64,000 bases of DNA from an uncultured Verrucomicrobiota bacterium. GTDB taxonomy: Bacteria > Verrucomicrobiota > Verrucomicrobiia > JABWAM01. The stretch covers positions 69,264 through 133,263 of the forward strand of contig CAYYYL010000003.1 of assembly GCA_964475835.1 (NCBI GenBank), in the 5' to 3' direction. The notes beneath the pieces are model-generated. The model was not told where the DNA came from. It made no database searches and worked only from the letters and a program-made list of their open reading frames with translations. The position numbers and the translations under genes were made by a program. Each line of letters opens with the position of its first letter. Within the stretch, counting starts at the first letter, position 1. This document shows positions 46,459-56,607 of this stretch, piece after piece.

Positions 46459-48231
46459 ATGAAGCACAAAGCAAATTCGAACCCCAACACCCAAAACGCG
46501 AACGTCCTCCAATGGGTGGATGAAATGGCCCACATCTGCAAACCGGATCGCATCCACTGGTGCAACGGCTCCGACAAGGAAAATGAAACCCTCACCTCGC
46601 AAGCCGTGGAAGCGGGAATTCTCACCCCACTAAACCAGAAAAAGCTTCCCGGCTGCTACTATCACCGGTCCAACCCCAACGACGTCGCCCGTGTGGAGCA
46701 GTGCACTTATATCTGCACCGAAACCGAGGATGAAGCCGGGCCAACCAACAACTGGGCCCCCCCAGGGGAAATGTACAGCAAGCTTTACAAGATGTGTGAA
46801 GGCTCGATGAAGGGTCGGACGATGTACGTCATCCCCTATTTGATGGGCCCGGTGGGATCCCCGATGGCCAAAGTGGGAATTGAACTGACTGATTCCATCT
46901 ATGTCGTGCTGAACATGCGAATCATGGCACGCATGGGGGATGTGGCGTACAAACAACTCGGCGACTCGAACGATTTCAACCGAGGACTTCACTCCATGCT
47001 CGATGTGCATCCGGACCGGCGATTCATTGCCCACTTTCCTGAGGACAATACCATCATCTCCGTCGGTTCCGCCTATGGTGGAAACGTCCTCCTGGGCAAA
47101 AAGTGTCTTGCCCTCCGGATCGGTTCCTTCCTCGGACGCAAAGAAGGATGGATGGCCGAGCACATGCTCATCATGGGAGTTGAATCCCCCCAGGGAGAAA
47201 AGACGTATGTGGCCGCGGCATTCCCAAGTGCCTGTGGAAAAACGAATTTCAGCATGCTGATTCCACCGAAACGCTTCAAGGGTTGGAAAATCTGGACGGT
47301 CGGCGATGACATTGCCTGGATGAAACCTGGAGCGGACGGACGGCTCTATGCCATCAATCCGGAAGCTGGATATTTCGGCGTTGCCCCAGGCACGAATTAC
47401 AAATCCAATCCAAACGCCATGGAGACCATCCAGCGCGACACCCTCTACACCAACGTCGCCCTGACCCCCGACATGGATGTCTGGTGGGAGGGAAAGGATG
47501 GTGAGGTTCCCAAAAAACTCACCGATTGGAAGGGCAACCCCTGGACACCGGAATCCAAGGAAAAGGCAGCCCATCCCAACAGCCGTTTCACGGCCCCCAT
47601 GAAAAACAATCCCGCCCTCGCCCGGGAGACAAACGATCCGCAGGGAGTTCCGATCAGTGCCATTATCTTTGGCGGACGCAGGGCTACCACCATTCCTCTC
47701 GTCTACCAGGCTTTCAACTGGATCCACGGGGTTTACGTCGGTGCCACCATGGGATCGGAAATGACCGCAGCCGCCGTGGGCGGGCTCGGACAGGTCAGAC
47801 GGGATCCGATGGCCATGCTCCCCTTCTGCGGTTACAACATGGGCGACTATTTCGCTCACTGGTTGAAAATGCGAAAGCACATCAAATATCCGCCCAAGAT
47901 TTTCAGCGTGAACTGGTTTCGAAAGGATTCCGAAGGGCAGTTCCTCTGGCCCGGGTTCAGCGAAAACATGCGCGTCCTCAAATGGATCGTGGACCGCTGC
48001 CACGGCCGTTGCGGAGCCCAGGAAACCCCGCTCGGCTGGGTGCCGAAAGCCCAGGACTTCGACATGGATGGACTCGAAGATGAACGGGGCCATCTCGATG
48101 CCGCCCAGGACATCAACCTTGAAGAATGGAAAAAGGAAGTCATCTCCCAGGACGAACTTTTCCTCAAGCTCTACGAATACCTGCCCAAGGAATTGATCTT
48201 CCAGAGGGAGCTGCTCGTCGCCCGATTATAA
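46459..48231 (+). CDS. pckG: Phosphoenolpyruvate carboxykinase (GTP)
   Basis: 590 aa. GTP-PEPCK signatures (…CGKTN…, …[15 protein letters not shown]…, …WMAEHMLI…). Confidence 0.95.
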   Translation: MKHKANSNPNTQNANVLQWVDEMAHICKPDRIHWCNGSDKENETLTSQAVEAGILTPLNQKKLPGCYYHRSNPNDVARVEQCTYICTETEDEAGPTNNWAPPGEMYSKLYKMCEGSMKGRTMYVIPYLMGPVGSPMAKVGIELTDSIYVVLNMRIMARMGDVAYKQLGDSNDFNRGLHSMLDVHPDRRFIAHFPEDNTIISVGSAYGGNVLLGKKCLALRIGSFLGRKEGWMAEHMLIMGVESPQGEKTYVAAAFPSACGKTNFSMLIPPKRFKGWKIWTVGDDIAWMKPGADGRLYAINPEAGYFGVAPGTNYKSNPNAMETIQRDTLYTNVALTPDMDVWWEGKDGEVPKKLTDWKGNPWTPESKEKAAHPNSRFTAPMKNNPALARETNDPQGVPISAIIFGGRRATTIPLVYQAFNWIHGVYVGATMGSEMTAAAVGGLGQVRRDPMAMLPFCGYNMGDYFAHWLKMRKHIKYPPKIFSVNWFRKDSEGQFLWPGFSENMRVLKWIVDRCHGRCGAQETPLGWVPKAQDFDMDGLEDERGHLDAAQDINLEEWKKEVISQDELFLKLYEYLPKELIFQRELLVARL

Positions 48232-48472
48232 AAACGCTGAAACCATCGCCCTCCAAAAAAATAGGGGCGGCGTTTTCGAGGCAGTCGTTTGGATCCAATC
48301 AACGAACTTGGAAAACCTTCCCATGGGGGCAAAGGCCTTCCCGCCGGGAGGCTATCAACAAATCGCGACAGGGGACCATTAGGCTGCCAGGGCTTTTTAA
48401 TTTATCTGTAGCTGAAAACGTGGCTTCATCGTAATCGGATTCAAGCAAGGCAGAATCTAATCTGAATAAAAA

Positions 48473-48500
48473 ATGGAGGGCGACGCTCCGTCGTCCTCCA
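48473..48500. repeat. GC-rich palindromic repeat element, single-arm copy D
   Basis: ATGGAGGGCGACGCTCCGTCGTCCTCCA is the same arm sequence as copies A-C, folded on itself, followed by …GATTTTT. Confidence 0.7.
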
Positions 48501-48563
48501 ACAGATTTTTCACCACTTCAATGCTTCAGCCTCAAAAGCAGCTACCGTTTTATTGAAAACGCT

Positions 48564-48746
48564 TTAGCTCTTCTTTGTGGAAATATTGAGAGGACAGTAG
48601 AGAGGACACCAGCCAATCAAAGCTGTAATCAGAAGGATTCCGCCCAACGCACCCCACCAGGACTGTTAATAAATTCCCAATCCAACAATCATACCCCCCA
48701 CCAGAAGACGAATGACCCGATCCGAACCGCCCATGTTTGATTTCAT
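48564..48746 (-). pseudogene. DUF2892 (YgaP-like) small membrane protein gene interrupted by an in-frame TAA (codon 27)
   Basis: Hand translation gives MKSNMGGSDRVIRLLVGGMIVGLGIY*QSWWGALGGILLITALIGWCPLYCPLNISTKKS*. Both halves match the DUF2892 consensus (…DR.IR…G……WWGA.G….TAL.G.CPLY) in a single frame. TAA at 48666-48668. Confidence 0.55.
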
Positions 48747-48821
48747 CTGTTTATTCTTTCTTTTTGGTTTTTCGGCTCACTTATTGACCTAAACTTTCAC
48801 CCCTGTCATTCAGCCCCTTTT

Positions 48822-49697
48822 TTAAAAAACCTCCACCGGCAGCTGGGTGCGGTCCCGGACCCTTCGGGCAATACGGGAGAGCTCGCTCAATGAGAGATGC
48901 TCGCAATGGCCAGGGACCCCCGGCTCACGCGTCACCGAATAGATCTGCACCAACTGGATCTGCGCCCCCGCTTCCACCAGTTCGTTTAGTCGATCGGCAT
49001 ACGCTTCGATTTCGTCTTCCGAGGGTAAAACTCCCTCCACCGAGCAGAACAGGCTCTGAATCACCACCGAACGTTTGGACGCCAGCATTCGGATATTGGA
49101 AAGCACCTGCTTCAATGGTACCGGGCTGCGATCGACCCGATCCATGTGCTCCTGGGTCCCTGCGTCAAGCTTGGCCCAGACTTCGTCCCTCTCTTCAAAA
49201 AGCGCCAAGCCGTCACTGACCGCTGGGAGGGACAACCCCGTAGCATTGGTAATCAACACCAGTTTGAATTTTGGAAATTGGGGATTGCCCCGGACGCGCA
49301 ACAACTCCTGAACGACTTCCAGAAAATTCGGACAAAGCGTCGGCTCCCCCTCCCCGCTCAAGGCGATATCCTTGAGCTGCAACAGATCATCCGGAACGTT
49401 TTTAAATCCATTCAACTCCCGAACCCGGTTCATCTGAACCATGGCCAGCAGTTGGGCCAACTCCCGGGACATCACCTTCACATCCACCTTTCGATTGGCA
49501 TGACTCGAATCCCGTTTAACCTGGCAATAGACACAGTCGAAGTTGCACATCTGGTTTGGCGCCATATTGATGCCAATACTCAACCCCCCAGCGCGTTGCG
49601 AGATGGTTGCATACACCATCTGGTTTCCAAGAAAATCCTGAGGATAAAGCACCACACGTGCGAGTGAGGACAATCGGCTGTTACGAGTGGATTTCAT
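48822..49697 (-). CDS. Radical SAM protein of unknown function
   Basis: CNFDCVYCQ (CxxxCxxC) near the N-terminus, about 290 aa. Confidence 0.7.
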   Translation of the reverse strand: MKSTRNSRLSSLARVVLYPQDFLGNQMVYATISQRAGGLSIGINMAPNQMCNFDCVYCQVKRDSSHANRKVDVKVMSRELAQLLAMVQMNRVRELNGFKNVPDDLLQLKDIALSGEGEPTLCPNFLEVVQELLRVRGNPQFPKFKLVLITNATGLSLPAVSDGLALFEERDEVWAKLDAGTQEHMDRVDRSPVPLKQVLSNIRMLASKRSVVIQSLFCSVEGVLPSEDEIEAYADRLNELVEAGAQIQLVQIYSVTREPGVPGHCEHLSLSELSRIARRVRDRTQLPVEVF

Positions 49698-49891
49698 GGG
49701 AAAACGAACGCTTCAGAGCGTACTTCGTCGATCGAAATTAGCGGAGCGCTCCCCCACATGCTTTACCGATTTTGCCATACCCTTCTCAGACATTGCAAAG
49801 AATGGCCCACCCGAAATAGCAAAATCAGACAAAGAGCCGCCAACTTCGGGATGGTCGGGATCACCGGCTTGGAGCATGCTTCCGCTATCGA

Positions 49892-51385
49892 ATGAGTTTC
49901 CCCCACTTATCCGCCGCTGAGGCGGCAGCCATGATCCCCCACGGAGCCACGGTCGGCTTCAGTGGTTTCACCCCCGCAGGTTCGGCCAAATCCATTCCCG
50001 TCGCCATCGCCGCACGGGCAAGGAGAGAACACGCAGCAGGCCATCCCTATGCGATTCGGGTTCTCGCAGGAGCATCGACAGGAAAGAACCTGGATCGTGA
50101 ACTCACCATGGCGGATGCCGTCTCCTATCGAGCCCCCTATCAATCGGACTCCCTGATGCGGGAGCGCATCAACGAGGGGAAAATTGCATTTGTCGACATG
50201 CATCTCTCCCAATTTCCCCAGATGGTTCTTCAGGGGTTCCTTGGGAAACTGGATTATGCGGTGGTCGAGGCCACTGAGGTTACTCCGGATGGTCGCGTCT
50301 ACCTGACCACCAGCATTGGCGCAAGCCCCTCCTTCCTCCAGGCAGCCAGGCGTGTTTTCATCGAACTAAATCACAAACAGAACCCGAGAATTCGCGACAT
50401 GGCGGACATTCTCGTTCCAGCCCCCCCTCCTAATCGTCAGACGCTCGACATCACCCATGTCGGATCCCGAATCGGACAGCCTTACGCATGGGTGGATCCC
50501 TCAAAGATAGCTGGCATTGTGGAAACCAGTTCCCTGGATCATGTGGAACCTTTTGCTCTCTCCACTGAACCGGCAAAAAAAATCGCCCGATTCGTCGCTG
50601 AATTTCTCGTCTCTGAAATGAAAGCAGGGCGCATTCCAAAGGAGTTCCTCCCCCTTCAGGCCGGGATCGGGAACACGTGCAACGCTGTCATGGCAGAACT
50701 GGGAGACTGTTCGGACATCCCTGACTTCTGTATGTATTCCGAAGTGTGCCAGAACTCCATGCTCGATCTCATCGACCGGGGCAGACTAAAAATGATCAGC
50801 ACCACGGCGCTCACACTCACCGACGACTACATGGAGCGCGTTTTTGCCAACATGGACCACTACCTCCAGCACATCATTCTCCGCCCCCAGGAAATCAGCA
50901 ACAGCGCGGAGGTTGTCCGGCGGCTGGGTGTCATTTCCATCAATACCGCGCTTGAGGCCGACCTCATGGGCAATGTGAACTCCTCCCATGTGCTGGGAAC
51001 AAAAATCATGAACGGCATTGGAGGAAGCGGTGACTTCACGCGCAACGCCTACCTTTCGATGTTTATCTGTCCCTCCACCGCCAAGGGAGGCGCCATCAGC
51101 AGCATTGTCCCCATGTGCTCGCACATCGATCACAACGAACATAGTGTCGCCATCATCGTCACGGACCAGGGTTATGCAGACCTGCGTGGCAAGGATCCAC
51201 GGGAGCGGGCGCTTACCATGATCGAAAAATGCGCTCATCCGGATTTCAAGGACGATCTGTGGCGCTATGTCCACGGAGTCTCGAAAGTGCACATGCCCCA
51301 TGATCTCAATCGGGCATTTGCCATGCACCGCCATTACCAGGCCGGGGGATCCATGCGGGGCATGCGTTGGGATCAATTTGTATGA
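49892..51385 (+). CDS. Acetyl-CoA hydrolase/transferase family protein (succinyl-CoA:acetate / 4-hydroxybutyrate CoA-transferase-like)
   Basis: 497 aa, two-domain CoA-transferase pattern (…TTSIGASPSFLQAA…, …MNGIGGSGDFTRNA…). Confidence 0.8.
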   Translation: MSFPHLSAAEAAAMIPHGATVGFSGFTPAGSAKSIPVAIAARARREHAAGHPYAIRVLAGASTGKNLDRELTMADAVSYRAPYQSDSLMRERINEGKIAFVDMHLSQFPQMVLQGFLGKLDYAVVEATEVTPDGRVYLTTSIGASPSFLQAARRVFIELNHKQNPRIRDMADILVPAPPPNRQTLDITHVGSRIGQPYAWVDPSKIAGIVETSSLDHVEPFALSTEPAKKIARFVAEFLVSEMKAGRIPKEFLPLQAGIGNTCNAVMAELGDCSDIPDFCMYSEVCQNSMLDLIDRGRLKMISTTALTLTDDYMERVFANMDHYLQHIILRPQEISNSAEVVRRLGVISINTALEADLMGNVNSSHVLGTKIMNGIGGSGDFTRNAYLSMFICPSTAKGGAISSIVPMCSHIDHNEHSVAIIVTDQGYADLRGKDPRERALTMIEKCAHPDFKDDLWRYVHGVSKVHMPHDLNRAFAMHRHYQAGGSMRGMRWDQFV

Positions 51386-53067
51386 AATCCCCACTACGGC
51401 GCGAAACCCTCCTTCAACACCCCCGTTATAACAAGGATGCAGCCTTCACCATGGAAGAACGGGAAGGTCTCGGCCTCCTCGGGCTTCTTCCTCCGGCGGT
51501 CGTCACCATCGAACAACAGGTTGCCCTTGAGCTGGAACACATTCGAAGCAAAACCGATCCCCTTGAGCAATACATCGGCCTCATGGCGTTGTTGGACAGA
51601 AATGAAACCCTTTTCTACCGGTTGCTGGTGGAGAACCTAGCCACCTTTATCCCGGTTCTCTACACTCCCACCGTCGGTCTCGCCTGTCAGAAATTCAGCC
51701 ATATATTTCGCCGTCCGAGGGGTCTTTATCTCTGTCCACGCGACAAGGGCCACATCGCCGAACGACTGCGCAACCTTCGTCCCGCAAAAATACGGTTGAT
51801 GGTGGTCACCGACAATGAGCGCATCCTTGGATTGGGAGACCTGGGCATGGGGGGCATGGGCATCCCCATCGGGAAACTGATGCTCTACAGCGCGGGAGCT
51901 GGAATCCACCCGGAACATTGCCTCCCCATCTGTTTCGACATGGGGACCAACAATGAAACCCTGCTGAATGACCCCTACTACATGGGATATCCCGCCCGCC
52001 GATTGAAGGGAGCGGAATACGACGAGCTCATCGAAGAATTTGTCAAAGCCGTCAAACTTGTTTTTCCCGGGGCTGTGCTCCAATGGGAGGATTTTAAAAA
52101 GGGAACAGCTTTTCGTCTCATGGAGCGCTACCAGGATGTCCTCCCCAGTTTCAACGACGACATCCAGGGGACCGCCGCCGTGGTTGTCGGAGGCATTCTC
52201 AGTGGCCTTCGCCACCTGAAACAACCCCTGGAGGAACAGCGAATCCTTCATTTTGGCGCAGGAGCGAGCGGTGTGGGAATCGGTCGTTTGATCCGACTCG
52301 CCCTTCGTGAGGCAGGACTCTCTGAAGACGATGCGCGGGCCTCCCAGGTCTTTTTCGACACAAACGGCCTTCTTTGGACCGGACGCGACAACCTTGATGG
52401 TCACAAAATCGACTTCGCCCTCACCCCCGAGGAACTCTCAAACCTTCACATCCCAAAGGAGGCCCATTCCGACCTCGCACAAATGATTGAAGCCTTCAAA
52501 CCCACCATCCTGATCGGCACGACCGGACAAGGTGGAGCCTTTACCCCCCCCATTCTCGAGGCCATGGGACGGAGTTGTGAACGCCCCATCATCTTTGCCC
52601 TGAGTAATCCAACCTCCAATGCGGAGTGCACCCCCGAACAGGCCCTTCATGCCACGGGGGGACGCGCCCTCGTCGCCACAGGATCCCCCTTCCCGATCAC
52701 CCACCTCAATGGAAGAAACCACACCACCGGACAGGCCAACAACGTCTTCATCTTCCCTGGTGTCGGACTCGGAGCCATTGTCAGTCGTGCCAAAAAAATC
52801 ACCGATTCCATGTTCCTCGCCGCAGCATACACCCTTGCCCAACACACGCCGGAACCTCGGCTGCAATCCGGAGCTCTCTATCCCGATATTACCGACCTTC
52901 GACGCATCAGCGCCCTCATTGGCCTGAAAGTCGCCCAGCTGGCCCGTGACGAAGATCTCGGCCGCCGGGCATCGGACGCCCAATTCCTCCGCGAAATCGA
53001 AAAGGAATTCTGGTATCCCGAATACACCCCCAGCTTAGGCTTGAAACGAGTTGTGCAAAAAAGGTAA
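51382..53067 (+). CDS. NAD(P)-dependent malic enzyme
   Basis: ATG at 51382 overlaps the upstream stop (ATGA). N-terminal malic domain (…FNDDIQGTAAVV…) and NAD-binding (FGAGASGVGIG). Confidence 0.9.
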   Translation: MKSPLRRETLLQHPRYNKDAAFTMEEREGLGLLGLLPPAVVTIEQQVALELEHIRSKTDPLEQYIGLMALLDRNETLFYRLLVENLATFIPVLYTPTVGLACQKFSHIFRRPRGLYLCPRDKGHIAERLRNLRPAKIRLMVVTDNERILGLGDLGMGGMGIPIGKLMLYSAGAGIHPEHCLPICFDMGTNNETLLNDPYYMGYPARRLKGAEYDELIEEFVKAVKLVFPGAVLQWEDFKKGTAFRLMERYQDVLPSFNDDIQGTAAVVVGGILSGLRHLKQPLEEQRILHFGAGASGVGIGRLIRLALREAGLSEDDARASQVFFDTNGLLWTGRDNLDGHKIDFALTPEELSNLHIPKEAHSDLAQMIEAFKPTILIGTTGQGGAFTPPILEAMGRSCERPIIFALSNPTSNAECTPEQALHATGGRALVATGSPFPITHLNGRNHTTGQANNVFIFPGVGLGAIVSRAKKITDSMFLAAAYTLAQHTPEPRLQSGALYPDITDLRRISALIGLKVAQLARDEDLGRRASDAQFLREIEKEFWYPEYTPSLGLKRVVQKR

Positions 53068-53072
53068 AGGTT

Positions 53073-53939
53073 TTGCCAATCATGGGTATTGTTCAAACAA
53101 CCCCCTTTCGACTAATCTGCGCCCGCATGCTTTTCTCTTTTCGACACTGGACACGCCTATGTTCGGTCAGCGGCATTTTTCTGCTGTTGGCGGGATTCCT
53201 TCAAGCCCAGGATGCTCCGTCGGTCATCAATCCCAAGCTGATGAATGCCGAGCTTCTTGCAAGAGGCAGGGAGGTTTACGAAAACAATTGTGTCGGTTGC
53301 CATGGCACCAAAGGTGATGGTCAGGGTCCCGCTGCCGACCGACTCACCCCCATGCCTCGGGATTTCACGGCGGGAACTTTCAAATTTCGCAGCACCCCCA
53401 CGGGATCCCTTCCCACGGACGAAGATCTCTTCCGCACCATCCGTCAGGGTCTCTATGGAAGTGCCATGCCCTCCTACCGGTTCATGCCCGATCGCGATGT
53501 CCTTTCCGTGATTCAATACATCAAAACATTTTCGGATATTTGGACAGATCCCTCCAACTACGCCGCTCCGATGCCCATTCCTTATCCTCCGGATTGGTTT
53601 AAAAACTCCGACCAGGTTTTGGAACATTCGAAGAAAGGGCGCGCGATCTATGTTCAGTACTGCCTCTCATGTCACGGAGACAAGGCGGACGGACATGGGC
53701 CCTCCAGTGCCACCCTTGAAGACAAATGGGAACGTCCCATCAAACCTGCGGACCTGCGAAAATCCTACATCCGAAGCGGTCGAACACTTACCGACATTTA
53801 CAAGGTGCTCGTAACTGGTGTCGCCGGCGCCCCCATGCCGAGCTATGCCGAATCGACCACCCCCGAGCAACGCTGGGATCTGATTGCCTACATCCAGCAA
53901 CTCCGGACCGAACACTATCAGGAAACCCATTCCAATTGA
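53073..53939 (+). CDS. ccoP: Membrane-anchored diheme cytochrome c (cbb3 oxidase subunit III, CcoP-like)
   Basis: Two CxxCH motifs (CVGCHGTKGDGQG and CLSCHGDKADGHG). N-terminal hydrophobic anchor. Immediately upstream of ccoN. Confidence 0.8.
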   Translation: MPIMGIVQTTPFRLICARMLFSFRHWTRLCSVSGIFLLLAGFLQAQDAPSVINPKLMNAELLARGREVYENNCVGCHGTKGDGQGPAADRLTPMPRDFTAGTFKFRSTPTGSLPTDEDLFRTIRQGLYGSAMPSYRFMPDRDVLSVIQYIKTFSDIWTDPSNYAAPMPIPYPPDWFKNSDQVLEHSKKGRAIYVQYCLSCHGDKADGHGPSSATLEDKWERPIKPADLRKSYIRSGRTLTDIYKVLVTGVAGAPMPSYAESTTPEQRWDLIAYIQQLRTEHYQETHSN

Positions 53940-55356
53940 CCTTGTGAACTCCCCTTCCTCCCCCTCCCAACCGTTGGTTCCCTACAAGCTGGTGAAGCTT
54001 CATCTCGCGATCGCCATTCTTTACTCCATGATCGCCGTCCTTGCTGGAATGACCTTTTCCATGCAGTTTTTGAATCTCTACCCCTTTGAAAAGGTGGAGT
54101 TTCTTTCCCCCGGACGTGTCCGCATGGTTCACACCCAAGCTGTTGCTTATGCATGGATCGCCAATGCCTTCTTTGGTGTGGTTTACTATGTGATCCCTAA
54201 ACTTACCGGTTTCCGAATTTGGTCTGAGAAGTTTGGTGTCGTATTATTCGGGCTATACAACCTATTGGTTTTGGGTTCGGTGGCTTTGATCCTTGGAGGT
54301 CATGCACAAGCACTCGAATGGGGCGAAACTCCCGTGGTGCTCGACCCTTTCATCGCCCTCGTCGTGGTCGGCATTGTGTTCAACGTTCTTTCCCCAGTTT
54401 GGAAATCCCGGGGCAAGCAGTATTACGTCACCGTCTGGTATGTCACCGCAGCATTAATCTGGACCCCCCTGGTCTATCTTATGGGTAATTTCCTGCCCCA
54501 ATACTGGATTCCAGGCAGTGGTGGCGCGGCGATTACATCGATGTACATCCATGATCTCGTTGGATTGTTCGTGACGCCGATCGGTGTCGGAACCATCTAC
54601 TACCTCCTTCCCATCCTTCTAAAAAAACCAATCTACAGTCATGCCCTCTCTCTGATCGGATTCTGGGGGCTTGCGTTTTTCTATCCGATGAACAGCGTCC
54701 ATCACTACCTATTCAGCCCGATTCCGATGTGGGCTCAATATGCGTCGGTGGTTGCAAGCGTGGGAATCCACGTGGTTGTCTATACAGTTATCTTCAATTA
54801 CTTCGCCACCATGCAGGGTGATTTTCGGGCATTCATCACCTCCCTGCCTGTACGCTTTATTGCCATGGGAGCGCTTTGCTACCTCGTCACCTGCATTCAG
54901 TGTGCCATCCAGGTCACCCTCAGCGCCCAGGAGATCATCCACTTCACCGACTGGGTTCCCGGTCATGCCCATCTCGTTCTCTTCGGAACATTCTCCTTCT
55001 GGATCTACGCATGGTTCTATTACCTCTGGCCGAGGCTTTACAAGACCGAGATTTTCTCAAAATCCCTCGGCGAATGGCAGTTCTGGCTCGCGACCCTTGG
55101 CACGTGGATTATGTGGGTGGATTTGGGAGCGGCTGGAATGATGCAGGGTTTTATGTTGAAGATGCTTGCCCCATTCACCGACGTTGTCCATGCAACCAAA
55201 CCGTTCTGGTGGACACGATCGCTCGCCGGCTCCATGATCCTCGTGGCTGAATTCCTGTTTGCCGTAAACATGTACCTCACCTGGAAGTATCGAAATGTTC
55301 GCGTGAGTGAGGAAGAACTCAACGCTCCCCTCCGGGCGCAAGGAGCCAACACATGA
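53884..55356 (+). CDS. ccoN: cbb3-type cytochrome c oxidase subunit I
   Basis: About 12 TM helices of heme-copper oxidase subunit I type. Directly followed by ccoO. The tool's start is an alternative codon overlapping ccoP by 56 nt; a GTG near 53944 is the more likely true start. Confidence 0.85.
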   Translation: MPTSSNSGPNTIRKPIPIDLVNSPSSPSQPLVPYKLVKLHLAIAILYSMIAVLAGMTFSMQFLNLYPFEKVEFLSPGRVRMVHTQAVAYAWIANAFFGVVYYVIPKLTGFRIWSEKFGVVLFGLYNLLVLGSVALILGGHAQALEWGETPVVLDPFIALVVVGIVFNVLSPVWKSRGKQYYVTVWYVTAALIWTPLVYLMGNFLPQYWIPGSGGAAITSMYIHDLVGLFVTPIGVGTIYYLLPILLKKPIYSHALSLIGFWGLAFFYPMNSVHHYLFSPIPMWAQYASVVASVGIHVVVYTVIFNYFATMQGDFRAFITSLPVRFIAMGALCYLVTCIQCAIQVTLSAQEIIHFTDWVPGHAHLVLFGTFSFWIYAWFYYLWPRLYKTEIFSKSLGEWQFWLATLGTWIMWVDLGAAGMMQGFMLKMLAPFTDVVHATKPFWWTRSLAGSMILVAEFLFAVNMYLTWKYRNVRVSEEELNAPLRAQGANT

Positions 55357-55937
55357 AGCTGCTCGAGCGATTCAATGTGATCTTTCTGTTCGCTGGGCTG
55401 GGACTTTTCACCTTTGCCTTTATCAGCCTCGGACTAATCCCGGCTTTCATGACCAACTCGGTCAAACCGATAAAAGTATTTCCCACCCACGTTCCCGAGG
55501 AATTCCAGAGTTACTATCAAACTCCTGAAGAATATCGTGCAGCCCTCTTCAAGGGCCGGGACATTTACGTCAGTGAAGCCTGCTGGCACTGCCATTCCCA
55601 ATATGTCCGTCCTGTTGGAAATGAAGCTCTACGTTACGGTCCTGAATCTACCGTGGCGGAATACCAAAACGAGCTCCAGCTCCCCCAGCTCTTCGGAACC
55701 CGCAGGGTAGGTCCTGATCTGATTCGCGAACACAACAAACATCCCAACGACTGGCATTTCGTTCATTTGTACTATCCAAGGGATGTGGAACCGATGTCGG
55801 TGATGCCGGGATACCCCTGGTATTTTAACACCGACAAATCTCCCAAACCCGAGGCCGTGGCCCTTGTGGCCTATATCCAATGGCTGGGAAGCTGGGTGGA
55901 GGAAAAGGATGCCAACATCTACGAAACCCGGCCCTGA
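55353..55937 (+). CDS. ccoO: cbb3-type cytochrome c oxidase subunit II (monoheme)
   Basis: N-terminal TM. CWHCHSQYVRP…LRYGPES…RRVGPDLIREHNKHPNDWHFVHLYYPRDVEPMSVMPGYPWYF matches the FixO/CcoO consensus. Confidence 0.9.
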   Translation: MKLLERFNVIFLFAGLGLFTFAFISLGLIPAFMTNSVKPIKVFPTHVPEEFQSYYQTPEEYRAALFKGRDIYVSEACWHCHSQYVRPVGNEALRYGPESTVAEYQNELQLPQLFGTRRVGPDLIREHNKHPNDWHFVHLYYPRDVEPMSVMPGYPWYFNTDKSPKPEAVALVAYIQWLGSWVEEKDANIYETRP

Positions 55938-56199
55938 CGCGACGCCCACCAATCGCCTGCTCCGGTGGTGCGTGGGGATTTTTTCCGTCTCCATCCTGAT
56001 CCTGGGGGGGATCCTGTTTTACGCCTGGCGGGAGGGGAATCTGATGATCTACCTGACCTCCGCTGGCATGGTCTATTTGATCTGCAGCTTTGCCTTCCTG
56101 ATCATCATAATGATCGCCTTTATCGGAGGACATCTTGGTAGTTCATCGGAAATCGAGGCTCCCAAACTTGCCCTGTTCGACATCGAAAGGCAAAAATGA
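55864..56199 (+). CDS. Possible small two-TM membrane protein (CcoQ-like position); uncertain
   Basis: ORF overlaps the 3' end of ccoO. Two hydrophobic helices (LLRWCVGIFSVSILILGGILFYAW; MVYLICSFAFLIIIMIAFIGG). It could be spurious. Confidence 0.3.
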   Translation: MWPISNGWEAGWRKRMPTSTKPGPDATPTNRLLRWCVGIFSVSILILGGILFYAWREGNLMIYLTSAGMVYLICSFAFLIIIMIAFIGGHLGSSSEIEAPKLALFDIERQK

Positions 56200-56381
56200 A
56201 CGAACTCGCATGTTTTTTTTGCGGAGTGGACTCCAAGGCCACGACGCTGTTTTTTGTTTTCTTCGTTTCCTGCCTTTCGGGGGCTGGACTTTTTTTACTG
56301 CTCTGGGCCATTTCAAAAGGTGATTTTAAAAATATCGAAGGCCCGAAATATGACGTCTTAAAACACGAAAAGGACTTATGA
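56196..56381 (+). CDS. ccoS: cbb3 oxidase maturation protein CcoS/FixS-like
   Basis: One TM helix followed by WAISKGDFKNIEGPKYDVLKHE, which resembles the CcoS signature (W.V.SGQFDDLEGPA.R.L.DD). Confidence 0.5.
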   Translation: MNELACFFCGVDSKATTLFFVFFVSCLSGAGLFLLLWAISKGDFKNIEGPKYDVLKHEKDL

Positions 56382-56560
56382 AACCCAATCCCACACCTGA
56401 TCCATCGGCAGACCACGAGGATGCGGAAATGCCCCCGGATAGTCAGCACGGGAAGCCTCCACTGGCCCTCCTTGCAATCTGGGTCGTGTTTTTCCTCTAC
56501 ACCTTCTACTACCTCTTCACCTACATGGTACCGGATCTCAAGAAATGGCTACATCCCTGA
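56378..56560 (+). CDS. Small membrane protein (60 aa), unknown
   Basis: C-terminal TM (LALLAIWVVFFLYTFYYLFTY). Start overlaps the stop of the ccoS-like ORF (ATGA). Confidence 0.35.
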   Translation: MKPNPTPDPSADHEDAEMPPDSQHGKPPLALLAIWVVFFLYTFYYLFTYMVPDLKKWLHP

Positions 56561-56607
56561 AACCCACCCCATCCCCCCACAGCCTTTTATCGTGATTCAA
56601 ACCCGAC

